32,474 bases of DNA from Octopus bimaculoides (taxonomy: Eukaryota). A program made the translations under genes and the position numbers. Positions within the stretch are counted from its first letter, which is position 1; every line of letters begins with the position of its first letter. The notes under the pieces were generated by a model. That model saw nothing but the letters and a program-made list of their open reading frames with translations. It ran no database searches and was not told where the DNA came from. The stretch covers positions 45,254,039 through 45,286,512 of the forward strand of contig NC_068988.1 of the NCBI RefSeq assembly GCF_001194135.2. The letters run 5' to 3'. Shown here piece by piece: positions 9,343 through 20,898 of this stretch.

Positions 9343-10834
9343 NNNNNNNNNNNNNNNNNNNNNNNNNNNNNNNNNNNNNNNNNNNNNNNNNNNNNNNNNN
9401 NNNNNNNNNNNNNNNNNNNNNNNNNNNNNNNNNNNNNNNNNNNNNNNNNNNNNNNNNNNNNNNNNNNNNNNNNNNNNNNNNNNNNNNNNNNNNNNNNNNN
9501 NNNNNNNNNNNNNNNNNNNNNNNNNNNNNNNNNNNNNNNNNNNNNNNNNNNNNNNNNNNNNNNNNNNNNNNNNNNNNNNNNNNNNNNNNNNNNNNNNNNN
9601 NNNNNNNNNNNNNNNNNNNNNNNNNNNNNNNNNNNNNNNNNNNNNNNNNNNNNNNNNNNNNNNNNNNNNNNNNNNNNNNNNNNNNNNNNNNNNNNNNNNN
9701 NNNNNNNNNNNNNNNNNNNNNNNNNNNNNNNNNNNNNNNNNNNNNNNNNNNNNNNNNNNNNTATATATATATATATATAGTCTATGAATGTAATTATATA
9801 TTATTTATGATTTTCATGTTATGTGCATTTATCTATGCAGGAATTTGTACTGATACACATAAACACACCTATGCATATAATATGAATATATCGTACATAG
9901 AAAAATCTATGTACAAATACATATTTACGTGCATGTGTTAGTGTGTGTGGTCACACATACTTTCACATATATGATATCTGTTAGATATGTGTGCACATAG
10001 CTTTTTCTAGAGAGATTGACTACAATACACACTCATATACACAAACTCACACATGTACTCTCTCTCTCTTTCTCTCTCTCTCTCACACACACACATACAT
10101 AGACATGCACATACACATTTACACACACATACATATGCATTCACACATATTCACTCACACACACACTGACGTGAAGAGGATTCTTGAGAAACTATAAATT
10201 ATAACCAATACATTCATATTGATCTCTCTCCTCTTCATCATCGTCATCTGCATCATCATCATCATCATCATTATCATCATCATGAGTACCATCATTGTTT
10301 ATTGTCCATTTTCCCAAACTGTTATTGACCTTTTCTCAACCATGAATCATCATGGTTGATGAACCCAAATCTCAAAGATGTGATTGTAACATGATATTCC
10401 ATGCCTTCCATAGTTTTTCTTTCCTTGAAATGCTTTCAAATTTGTATGTTCACATGCATTCAGTCATGTTTGTATTTATGCATGTATGCATGTCCTGTCC
10501 TCGGTATGACTTCAAACTGCATCCAGTAGTGGAGCTCTCCTTTGGGAGTTCCCAAGCCCAATCTGAGCTATAGTTGTGGCACCTGTCAGGATCCCAGTAA
10601 TGGGTTACCTAGCAAATGTGATGACATTCCATCTGAGTGTTGGAATGCAGAAATACCCTTAGTTGGTGTCAGGGCATGCAGTAAAATCACTGGGAGAGAG
10701 GAACCCTTAACTGTTGTCACAAACGCTTTTAAGGAGAGAGACACTATTGTAAAACCTGTGGTTTCACAAGGCTACTGGTCATCTTGTTTTAACCTGTCAT
10801 TAAATATTAATCATGGAAGCTCAGGGAGTGATAT

Positions 10835-11389
10835 CATGGGAAGGTTAACAAGAAAAGCAGTCTCTGTGAGTGGCAGATATGAAGGTACATTAAACACTAA
10901 GAAGGTACATAAAACAGAATAGCTCAAACCCCAAGTGATATTCTTAGAAACAGTAGATAGTTTCTGTTACTTAGGCAACCAAGTTAGCAGTGGAGGAGGT
11001 AGTTCTGAAAGTGTAGTACAAGAACAGGTTGGGTGCAGTTCAAAGAACTTTGTTAGTAACAAAGTGCCTCTCTTTTAGAGCAAAAGGCAGATTGTATGAT
11101 CCTTGTATGAGAACATCTATTGTACATGGCTGTGAGATTGTACATAGACTGTGGCTACTGAAGATATGCGAAGGCTTGAAATAAATGAAACCACCATGCT
11201 TCACTGGAGAGGTATTGTCAGTGTGCATGTATGATAGAGTGTAAGTGATTTGAGAGAAAAACTGGGTATAAGAGGCATCAGATGTAATGTGCAAGAGAGA
11301 AGACTGTGCTGCTGTGGTCATGTGGTGTGTATGGATGAGGACAGTTGCATCAAGAAGTGTCAATCTCTAATTGTGGAGGGGACGTGTAG
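10835..11389 (+). mobile_element. RTE-clade LINE fragment, end of the RT domain and C-terminal region
   Basis: Translates as IMGRLTRKAVSVSGRYEGTLNTK...LETVDSFCYLGNQVSSGGGSSESVV...RAKGRLYDPCMRT...LREKLGIRGIRCNVQERRLCCCGHVVCMDEDSCIKKCQSLIVEG. Homologous to 1207-1562. Confidence 0.88.
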
Positions 11390-11763
11390 CATACTATTCT
11401 TCACAGCTATTTCTGACAATTGCTGGATACATTTTCAATTTCTGGTATGAAACCAATTGGAGATTTGACTATCATGGGATGAGAATATAGTATTATATTA
11501 ATAACAGTAATGTACACACTCTGTTACCTAACATACAAGTGCCTGCTTTTCTGACATATAAATATTTAGACAACTATCTATGTGTGTGTGTGTGTGTCTT
11601 TATGTCCTTGTTTGTCTCTCACAACTGCATGACAAGTACCAAGCTTTAAAAGCAAAAATTAGAACTGTGGATCAATCATTTGACTATAGTCTAACGATAA
11701 ATTTATATGGTAAGTACATATATCCTGACAGGAGTATTGGTCGGGAATCTACTGAACGTTCAG

Positions 11764-11817
11764 TCCTTACAGGTGAAGGTTAAGGAAATAACCTAAACTG
11801 GACGTTCAATTTAAGGA
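11764..11817 (+). ncRNA. Degenerate type-I hammerhead-ribozyme-like three-way junction (possible Penelope-like element terminus)
   Basis: Stem I tcctta/taagga (11764-69 and 11812-17); core-like CAGGTGA (11770-76); stem II aggtta/taacct; AAA; near-palindromic stem III. The catalytic boxes deviate from CUGANGA and GAAA. Confidence 0.4.
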
Positions 11818-11860
11818 ATTCTCGAGTCGGTGATTTGGGCAATTACAGCCCCAGTCAGCA

Positions 11861-11865
<5 letters not shown>

Positions 11866-11949
<84 letters not shown>
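11866..11949. repeat. (TA)n microsatellite
   Basis: Essentially uninterrupted TA run of about 75 bp. Confidence 0.98.
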
Positions 11950-11951
<2 letters not shown>

Positions 11952-12116
11952 TTACGTGCTTTTCTTACAGCATTAGGAATATTTTAGTTCATATTTCTAG
12001 CAATTTAGGTTCTCGACATCCTTAGTTGCATTCACTGACGACTGTATTTTTTCCTTTATGACATCACATAGCCATAGGTGTTTATATTAATTTTTGTATA
12101 CATACATACATACATA

Positions 12117-12330
12117 CCAGAAGGTATTTAAAGATTCCTGGCTGTAAGGGTTCGTGAAAGGTCTGGATGAAGGCGAAGCCTTCCAATTTCTTTTACAGGG
12201 ATTAGAAAAACTGAAGGACTGCCTCAATAAATGTGTGAATCTGAGAGGGGAATGTGTTGAATAAAATCATAATTAACTGATCCTCCTATATTTTCTTTTA
12301 TTCAAAGCCAGGAACTTTTTAGCCCCCCTC
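12117..12330 (+). mobile_element. Non-autonomous mariner-derived element (MITE)
   Basis: Imperfect TIRs ta|ccagaaggtatttaaagattcctggct and aaagccaggaactttttagcccccctc. The interior encodes QGLEKLKDCLNKCVNLRGECVE*, the conserved mariner transposase C-terminus. Confidence 0.8.
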
Positions 12331-12525
12331 CCTTTTCCATCGTATATATGTATACATATATTCGTGCGTGTATATTTTCATGTCTGTATGTGGATGTAGT
12401 GTATATATTTGTGTGTACATGCTTATCTATCCAAAAATCCATCTATTAACACATAGGCTCAAGCATTCCTGTCCATACGCATAGACACCACAACTGCGAA
12501 TGCTTGCTTTTATATCCATGACAAA

Positions 12526-12696
12526 TGTTGGATATATAATTTAACGATGCGGAGGTAAAAACTAATGTGTTAACCCGACGTACTTCATTAGACTCCAAAA
12601 TGCCCTCTCAACGACTCCTACCGATCTTTACTCTTTATAAGAATTCGGCTAGTCCATTCTTCCTGTCCTCCAGGGGTGTCAATGAATCTCGCCACA
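12526..12696 (-). repeat. 3' LTR (171 bp, TG...CA)
   Basis: The minus strand begins TGTGGCGAG directly after the PPT and ends tatatatccaaCA; it contains a TATA-like tataaag. Confidence 0.8.
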
Positions 12697-12707
12697 TCTC
12701 CCCCTTT
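12697..12707 (-). promoter_or_regulatory. Polypurine tract (plus-strand primer site)
   Basis: AAAGGGGGAGA on the minus strand, immediately 5' of the LTR TG. Confidence 0.85.
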
Positions 12708-13098
12708 GAGATTGACTTCCGTTGGAAGTTAATATTATTATATTTATTTATTTATTTTTCTCTCATCACATCTCCTTTCTTGAGATTTTCCTCCCAGGAA
12801 AGTTTAATATTTCTTCCGTTTAGCTATTACTTCCAACAGTTTTGTTTGTTTCCTCTTTCTTGTGCTGCTATGACTAGGTTCGATTTATTGTGGCTTTGGA
12901 ACAACAAAGGTCATAGAACACTTCCATGGGTATCTTTTTTCTTTTTTCCGTATATCTATTTTTTAGCTGGTTTAAATGTCTTTTGTATTCCTATTTTTCG
13001 CCTCTTATCATATATACCATTTTGCTTATTCTTTTTGCTACTACTCCGTCTTCCCAACCTTGTCTCCCATTTTTTTATAGATTTTAAAAAGCACCTTG

Positions 13099-15720
13099 TC
13101 ACCGATACAGCTTGTCAAAAATTAACTTTATTTTTGGCGCAAATATTAGTTCCGCAGGCGACTTTCCTGAAAAATTGTTTGTGTTTAATGCTATCCTATA
13201 AACCCTCAAGAACTGTGTCAATGATTCGTCATTAACTAGCTCGTTTCTTGATTTCTTTAATGCTCTTTTAAATGTATCCACGAAACTTTTCGCTTGCCTG
13301 TTTGATCTTGGGTGATACGGGGGAGTAGTGAAATGTTCAATTAAATACATCTTGCAAAAATTCTTAAATTCATTCGCCGTGAATTGTGTACTGTTATCGG
13401 AGACTATGGTATCCAGGACATCATAACTAGCAAAAAATTCGTGTAGAAATTCCACTGTTACCGTGGATGTCGGTTTGTTATATTTACACACTTCTGGCCA
13501 TTTTGAAAAGTTATCTATCACTATTAGATAATATGATCGGTTTAATGGTCCTGTGCAGTCTATGTTTATTGTGGACCATGGAATATCGGCCTTGGGCCAA
13601 AGTTGAAATTTTATAGGTGGTGATTTCGCTGCAAGAGTACAACCTCTGCTGGATATTATCTACTTCTCAATATCTAGATCCATTCTTTTGCCAGTAAACA
13701 TAACATCTTATAAGCGACTTCATTCCAGAAATTCTTGGATGTCCAGTGTGGAATTCCTTTAACATTTGACCTTGTAGTGATGTAAGCATTACGACCGTCT
13801 GTGCATACACAAGCACATTATCAATTATCGAATACAAATTCGAAACTGTGTTACATCCAGCCACGCGTAATTTTTAAATGTTTTTCTTCTGATCTCACTA
13901 TGCTTTTTTTATTATTTTTATGATAGTCTCGTCCGTCTCTGCCTTGATTTTTATTTTCTCCACTGTCACAGACAATTCACGCACAACATATCTTTTATTT
14001 CATTTTCGGTTGTGTCTTCTGGTGGTTCACTGTATTTTGGTATTAGTCTTGACGAACCATCTGCATGTCCCAACTTCTTCGAAGTCAAATACTCCATTTT
14101 GAAGTCGTAATTCTGTAGGATCGTTCCCCAGCGCTGCAATCTGTTGGCTGTGTGGAGATACCCTTTTTTTGATCCATTGATCGACAATAATGAGCGGTGA
14201 TCTATCTGCAGATAGAACTTTCTTCCATGTATAAATTTATGGAATTTTTTTTACCGCAAATATAATGGCTAATGTCTCTTTTTCTAATTGGTTGGCTGCA
14301 ACTTTTCTCCGCCGGCAATAATGAACACGAAGCATGAAGTACTGCTTTCAGGCTACCATCTTCATATTTGTATAAAATCACACCTCCAATACCACTTTCA
14401 CTACCATCTGCTGCCACAATTATTTCTAAATTCTGGTCAAAATGTGATGACGACAGTTCCGACGTTAAGACGTTTTTAATTTCTTCAAAAGGTTTTTTGG
14501 CATTTGTCTGACCAGTTCCACTTAACGTCATTTTTTAACAAGTTATTCAGGGGTGCACTTAAATCGTGCATATTCGGTATGTATACCTGGTAGTAATTTG
14601 CGAGCCCCCAAAATGATAGGAATGTTGGAGTGTTTGTCGAGGGAGGCATATTTTGTATTGCATTCGCCCTAGACAGGTCTGGTCTGCGTCCATTTTCATC
14701 AATAATCTGCTCTAGATATTTTATTTTCAGCATAAAAAATTTACACTTTTCCTCGCTGAGATTAAACTCATGATCTTTTATTCCTCCGAAGACCTTTTTT
14801 ATATGCTCAGCATGCTGAGCCGAGGTTCACTTTTTATGAGTTTGTCGTTAAGGTAAGCTACAACGAATTCCGAACCTGCGAGCATAAAGTCCATAACTTG
14901 TTGGAAAATGCCAAAGGGGAATCGATTAAATTTATACAACCCTTTATGGGTATTTATTTTCAATAATTTTGAACATTCCTCATCGACTTTTACCTGCAAA
15001 TTTGCTTCAGATAGGTCCAACTTTGAAAACATATTTCCTCCATTCAATCTCTCGAACATTTCCTCCGTAGTTGGTAACGGGTAATTATATTGCATCAAAC
15101 ATTCGTTTAATCCCGCTGAAAAATCAGCGCATCGTCGGATTTTATCATTTTTTTCTTGACATAAACTGTTGGGGACGCCCATTTTATATAATCAATTTTT
15201 TCAATAACGCCAAACTTTTCAAGTCTATCCTATTCTTCGTTGACTTGTTTCAACGCCGAGAGAGGTACCGTTTTTTTTTTTTTTTTTAAATACCGGTATA
15301 GCGTTTTCTTTCGCTTGAAACTTCGCCTCTGTTTTGGTGCAAAGACCCAATTCATCAGAAAAAAACTTCAGGAAAAATTTGCTTTAATTCTTTTTTAAAA
15401 TCATCCGACGCCTTATTTGTACTGACGCTTTATTTGTACAAAAAATAATTATGAGAAGGTCCCATAAGTTAAATAGTTCCATCCAGTCTATTCCAAATAA
15501 ATTTGTCATATTTTTCAACACAAAAACTTTGGCATTCAAAGTGATTCCACGAAATGTAACATCACTTATCATTTCAACCATAAAATGCAATTTTTTCCTG
15601 AAATACCTCGCACAATTTTTGAAGTTTCCATTAATCTAAGTTTCCTTATTTTCCTCCATGTATCTGTATTAATTATCGTGATATCACTGTCCGTAACCAA
15701 TTGTAACTTGATATTCATAT
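13099..15720 (-). pseudogene. Gypsy pol pseudogene (PR-RT-RH-INT)
   Basis: Protease KLQLVTDSDITII (mutated DTG) and NLFGIDW. RT IRRCADFSAGLN, FSKLDLSEA, LYKFNRFPFG and AYLND (mutated YxDD). RNase H ADGSESGIGGV and LQRWGTILQNYDF. Integrase HTGHP...YVYW, IVSDNSTQF and YHPRSNRQAKSFV. Confidence 0.95.
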
Positions 15721-15936
15721 TATTCAATTTTATGGATACATATTTTTTTTTTCTGAGCCTCGCTTAGAATTTTTGGTAACAATACATTCTTTCTAGTATT
15801 TTGTTTTTGTATGACCTTTATTACGTCCAATTTTTCCACACTCAAAACATTTACGATTTTTAAAAGGACAATTACTTCTGAAATGTAAACCTCCGCATCC
15901 ATAGCATGGATTTGGTCTTGACGTTCGTTTTTCTTT

Positions 15937-16646
15937 TTACTTATCTGTTACAGGTCGACACGCATGTATCTGAGAGCAGTCTTTTTCTTCACTTTTATCC
16001 GCATTATGTCTTAAATTTATAATCCTGTGGCATTCTTCATCCACTGCCTGTAGAGTTAATTTTTGGTCCTGTTGTAATTTTGTTAATATATGAGAAAGTA
16101 TATCAGCATCTTTCCTTTGAACAAATCCTGGGTTACTTAATTTAATTTGAATTTTACACACTTTCTGTTAACGACCCCAGCATAGGTGACGAAATCTTCA
16201 ACATCTTTTTTAATTAGATTTAAACACTGCCAACGAGTATTGAGCAGGAAACTTCCTTCACTGAAAATTCTATATAATAAATTAATTGTTTCATCGAAAC
16301 AAATCTCACCTGGTTTCTTCGGCAGAATATAATTACAGTATTTTTCGTGTTCGACAGGGGATAACTTTCGTAAATGTAGTCGCACCTTCTTCACGTCATT
16401 CCAATTTTTACATTCTTCTTCGAAGATTTCTTCGTATCTTCTAAAATAGGCAAGAAAAGTAGTACCTTCTTTTGGGTTATAAATAAATTCTCCGATTGAA
16501 TTTGCTATGCTGTGTGACGAGGACGAACCTGAAGTACTTTCAAACTCCTTCAACATTACTTGCAGCAACCTTTGGTAATGTTGTTGTTGCTGTTGTAGTT
16601 GTTGTTGCTGTTGCAACTGCACGATGCAAGCCAATAAGTCTTCCAT
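15937..16646 (-). pseudogene. Gypsy gag pseudogene
   Basis: MEDLL...polyQ...IGEFIYNPKEGTTFLAYFRRYEEIF...KVRLHLRKLSPVEHEKYCNYILPKKP...FDETI...RWQCLNL...DFVTYAGVVNRKC, characteristic of K02A2.6-type gag; continues after a frameshift or deletion near 16140. Confidence 0.9.
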
Positions 16647-16685
16647 GTAAATGATATTTTCTTTTGATTTCATACCAAAAAAAAA

Positions 16686-16860
16686 AAATAGCAAGAAAAT
16701 CTCCCTACAAATCACACCATACCTTCTTAAAAGAAGGACAGTAGGCTTAATAAAATCTTGTGTTTGTTACACATAGGAAAAAAGAACAGGATGGTCATGG
16801 TGGGAATACCTTTAGTCATATGTATGCTAAAATTTATGTTATCCTGGGGCTAACCAACAA
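16686..16860 (+). mobile_element. Interspersed repeat family D copy at the 5' end of the Gypsy element
   Basis: aaatagcaagaaaatctccctacaaatcacaccataccttcttaaaag...ggatggtcatggtgggaatacctt...cctggggctaaccaacaa; the reverse complement matches the other family D copies. Confidence 0.75.
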
Positions 16861-17108
16861 GATGTATAAATGTTAATGTATTTGAAATATAAAATTTCAG
16901 ATGTTCTTTAACTTAATTAGAATTTTTATTATTTATTTTCTCACAAAGAGCACCAGAGGCTATAGTCTAGCTGATGTTATCTACTGGATAATTTTGAAGG
17001 AGACTAACATTGGTGTGGTTTCTTTTTGCCTTCACCTGGAGCGGTAATTTGGAAAATACTGGCTTTCAAATATAGAAACTTGAATATGTTGACAGATGTA
17101 TGTAAATA

Positions 17109-17830
17109 TTGTAATGATAATAATAATAATAATAATAATAATAATCATCTTCATGAGCGGTATCACCACTACAACCCACGACCTTAACCCCCACCACTAC
17201 AGCATCATTATCACCACCACCACCACAACCATCATCATCATCATCATCATCATCAGTAGCAGCAGCAACATCATCAAAACAACTACTTCTCATCATCAAC
17301 AACATAATTCTTATCATAACCACCACCATCAGCCGCATCCTCCCCATTCCATTTTTATCATCACTATTAATACCACTAGCTTCCTCCTCTTGTTCATCAT
17401 CATCATCATCATCGTTGCCATTGTCATCATCCTCATCATCGTCATCAACAACGTTATCACNNNNNNNNNNNNNNNNNNNNNNNNNNNNNNNNNNNNNNNN
17501 NNNNNNNNNNNNNNNNNNNNNNNNNNNNNNNNNNNNNNNNNNNNNNNNNNNNNNNNNNNNNNNNNNNNNNNNNNNNNNNNNNNNNNNNNNNNNNNNNNNN
17601 NNNNNNNNNNNNNNNNNNNNNNNNNNNNNNNNNNNNNNNNNNNNNNNNNNNNNNNNNNNNNNNNNNNNNNNNNNNNNNNNNNNNNNNNNNNNNNNNNNNN
17701 NNNNNNNNNNNNNNNNNNNNNNNNNNNNNNACTGCTGCCACTGCTGCTGCTGCCACCACTGTTACCGCTGCCGCTGCCACACCTGCCGCCGCCAATACCA
17801 TCCACCATTGTCATCATCATCATCATTATC
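17109..17830. repeat. Compound trinucleotide microsatellite (ATA, ATC, ACC, GCC/GCT) spanning gap 17461-17730
   Basis: Direct inspection. Confidence 0.95.
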
Positions 17831-18059
17831 ACAATTATGTTCATTTTCATGTGTTCTTTTAAACTATCAGTCTCTCTCTCTCTCTCTCTCTCTTTAATCT
17901 GTTAATTTTCATCCACCCATATTTCATGTCTATAATGATGCAAGTAGTTCTGCAGGACACCAACTGGTTTCATTAGATCTCAGCCAGTTTCTCATACCAC
18001 TTGTGCTCTAAATGTCGCATAAACGATATTATATCAACTTTCTACCAATCTTTTTATAT

Positions 18060-18406
18060 CAGTGGCTCTCAACCAGTATTCATATGACCCCTCAGGAGAC
18101 ATATAAGATTTTTGGTGGTCCACAATACAAAACAGTAAAATGGGGGTCCACAATGCTATTTGAAGGGCCCTGAAAAGGATTTTGCTTCAGATTGGTATGC
18201 ATTGGTATGTATTGTAAGAAGCAGCTAGGTTTCTTTTTCTTAGTTCTACCAAGACAAGTTAATGTGTATGAAACGAAATAGGAATTTTGAAAGAAGTTTC
18301 TATAAAATAAGTTTGTAAATATCGAATGGCTATGGGGGTCTGCCATAATAAAAAAGTAATCAAAGGGGTTCACAGATAAAAAATGGTTGAGAACCCCCCC
18401 CCCCCC
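18060..18406. mobile_element. hAT (Charlie-like) MITE
   Basis: Left TIR CAGTGGCTCTCAACC and right TIR GGTTGAGAACCC, whose tip is replaced by a C13 run. Flanking 8-mers ttttatat (18052-59) and atttatat (18408-15) match 7/8, consistent with an 8-bp hAT TSD. Confidence 0.8.
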
Positions 18407-18427
18407 AATTTATATGTATGTCCTTTT

Positions 18428-18478
18428 CTATCTATCTATCTGTCTATCTATCTATCTATCTGTCTGTATGTCTATCTG

Positions 18479-18514
<36 letters not shown>

Positions 18515-18845
18515 ACCATGTAGCTATCTAGCTGCCTGTCTTTTGTCTGTCTGTCTATGTATGTATGTTTGAATGTATATATGTATGTATCTATCTATCT
18601 ATCTGTCTATCTATCTATCTATGTATCTATCTGTCTGTATGTCTGTCTGCCAGCCTGTCTGTCTGTCTGTATGTATGTATGTATGTATGTCTGTCTACCT
18701 ATCTATTTCTATCTCACCTTCTCTACAGAAACACATACATGCATACATACATTCATACACACATCCATATTTACATACATACGTATTTACATACATACAT
18801 ATTTACATTCATACATATTTACACACATACATATTTACACACTCA
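18428..18845. repeat. Compound tetranucleotide microsatellite (TATC/TGTC/TATG) followed by catacatatttaca-type repeats
   Basis: Direct inspection. Confidence 0.93.
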
Positions 18846-19613
18846 CTTGTAAATGCTTTTATGTATATTACTTATCTATTTATATAATTATATGTTTGAT
18901 GACAAGAACGAGTTTCAGCTGGTCTCCACGTTAGTCTGACTGTATGTAAATGTTCAACAGTCAGTTATAGGTCTAGATATAATTATACATATACAATCAT
19001 ATATTGGTCTCACCACTCTGCTATCAAAAGCATGTATTGAACCACTTATATACAGGAAATATGACCAAACCAAGTTTGTGTGTAGCTGTGTATGAATGTA
19101 AACATAGATATGTGTGTGTTTATTGTATGTATATGCATGCATATAATAAGATGTTATTCAAACCATTATGAGAGAAAGCATTAGTTCACATTGTGATAAT
19201 AACATAATTTGCTAATGCTCCTTCACCTCATGGTGAACCTGGCGCTGAATTTGGCAGTAATAGCTTAGTCTTTCTCCTTTTCCAGCCAGCTCTGAGTTTT
19301 GCAAAGTCTTTGAGAGATCGTTTGTCTAGAATGATCTATCAGTTCAATATTACTTACTGCCAATTTCTTAATTCACTTTTGTCATGTGATATTTTATCAC
19401 TGTAATAAATTTTAAGGTTAATTGCTTATTGCAGGAGTCCATGAATCTATGTGTGTATGCTGGCATGCATACATACATACGTACATACAATATATATAAT
19501 ATATATATATATGTATATATATAATGGAGCATACATTTAAACATCCATTCATCTTTCTAGCTATTACACTCCTACATTTATATATGCATATCGTATGAGG
19601 GTACTCACAAACA

Positions 19614-19669
<56 letters not shown>

Positions 19670-19706
19670 NNNNNNNNNNATATATATATATATATATGCA
19701 TATGAA

Positions 19707-19750
<44 letters not shown>

Positions 19751-20858
19751 ACATTTATAGAAAGAGAGTGGGTGAATGAACAAACAAATCTATATAAAAT
19801 TTACAATTTGCATGTATATGTGTGTGCATGTGTTTGTGTAGTGTGTGAATGTATGTGTGTGTGAGTGTGTGTATGTGTTTGTATGTGCATTCATATATAT
19901 GCAATGAATTGGTGGTATGATACTGGAGTGAAATGTAATAAAGGCAAAAATATACTTCATACAGTGAAGTAGTGTGAAATAATATTTATTTAAGGCTAAA
20001 TTGTTGGGAGGCATGTTTTTGCTGGTTTTTATTCCAAATCCTCAGGCATCTGGTTAAAGGATTTTTGAAGTGTATCTTGTTGAACTTGTTCACTCTCTGC
20101 TTAAAACAACTTGGCAGAGTATTATATGGTCTACAATAGGAAATGTATCAATGTGTAAAAAAGTATAAAAACATCTATGGAAAAATTTTTGTAAAAAACA
20201 TTTACATTAAAAGTACTTTTTTTATATATGAAATTTATTATTATAAACCCTCCATGATGAATTCACAAACATACACAATATGTATAACTGTATGGAAAAA
20301 TGAAGAATAGCTAACGAAATAATTGTAGCCCTTGATTTATTTAGAAGTAAGAAGACTTTTTAGCAATGGAGAATAAATGTTTGGATTATATATAACAATG
20401 GTTTTGTTTATAAGTGTCTAAATATAGAAGTAAATGAATAAAACTTTTGTTATACTTTAAGGCCTGTTTATAATATATATATATTCAAGTTAAGATGATC
20501 TTGATTTGTGGGCATATGAGAGGTTAATTGTTGGCCTCTGTTGTAGAAATTCTAAGGTATGATGTAGATGTGAAGCAATTTGGAGATAAAACTAATACTA
20601 AACCTATAAACACATGTTAGTTTAAATCAATAAAGAAAAAGGGATTGGAATATGAGAGAAAAGAGTATGGTTATAAAAGCATTGCAGGGAAAAATTATTG
20701 ATGAGAAAACTGACCCAAATGCTTACAATATTGAGGAAACTGGAAACTGGTAAAATGCTACTGGTGTTAAACAGAACAACAGATTAATTCAACTTCCTAT
20801 ATAGAATATGGAGTGATTTGAACTCAGAACACAAATAGCAGGAATATTTGTGTGTATG

Positions 20859-20898
<40 letters not shown>

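Larger units (their letters stand above)
12526..16675 (-). mobile_element. Degenerate Ty3/Gypsy LTR retrotransposon (K02A2.6-like), 5' LTR absent
   Basis: Domain order on the minus strand is gag, protease, RT, RNase H, integrase, PPT, LTR, which is the Ty3/Gypsy order. There are multiple frameshifts and stops. Confidence 0.95.

Noticed and set aside
12567-13235. 222-aa plus-strand ORF
   Set aside because: It is antisense to the A-rich 3' region and LTR of the Gypsy element, is F/L-rich by composition, starts at a non-ATG codon and has no recognisable motif.
16647-16715. N-terminal extension MICREIFLLFFFFG of the 192-aa gag ORF
   Set aside because: It derives from the adjacent family D repeat and A-run read antisense; the likely true start is the ATG at 16646.
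17066-17905. Poly-D/H/I/G ORFs, also at 28888-29254 and 31023-31289
   Set aside because: Translations of trinucleotide microsatellites that are open in several frames on both strands.
20460-20760. Possible very old RTE C-terminal remnant (MVIKALQGKI)
   Set aside because: Similarity is too short and degenerate to support by eye.
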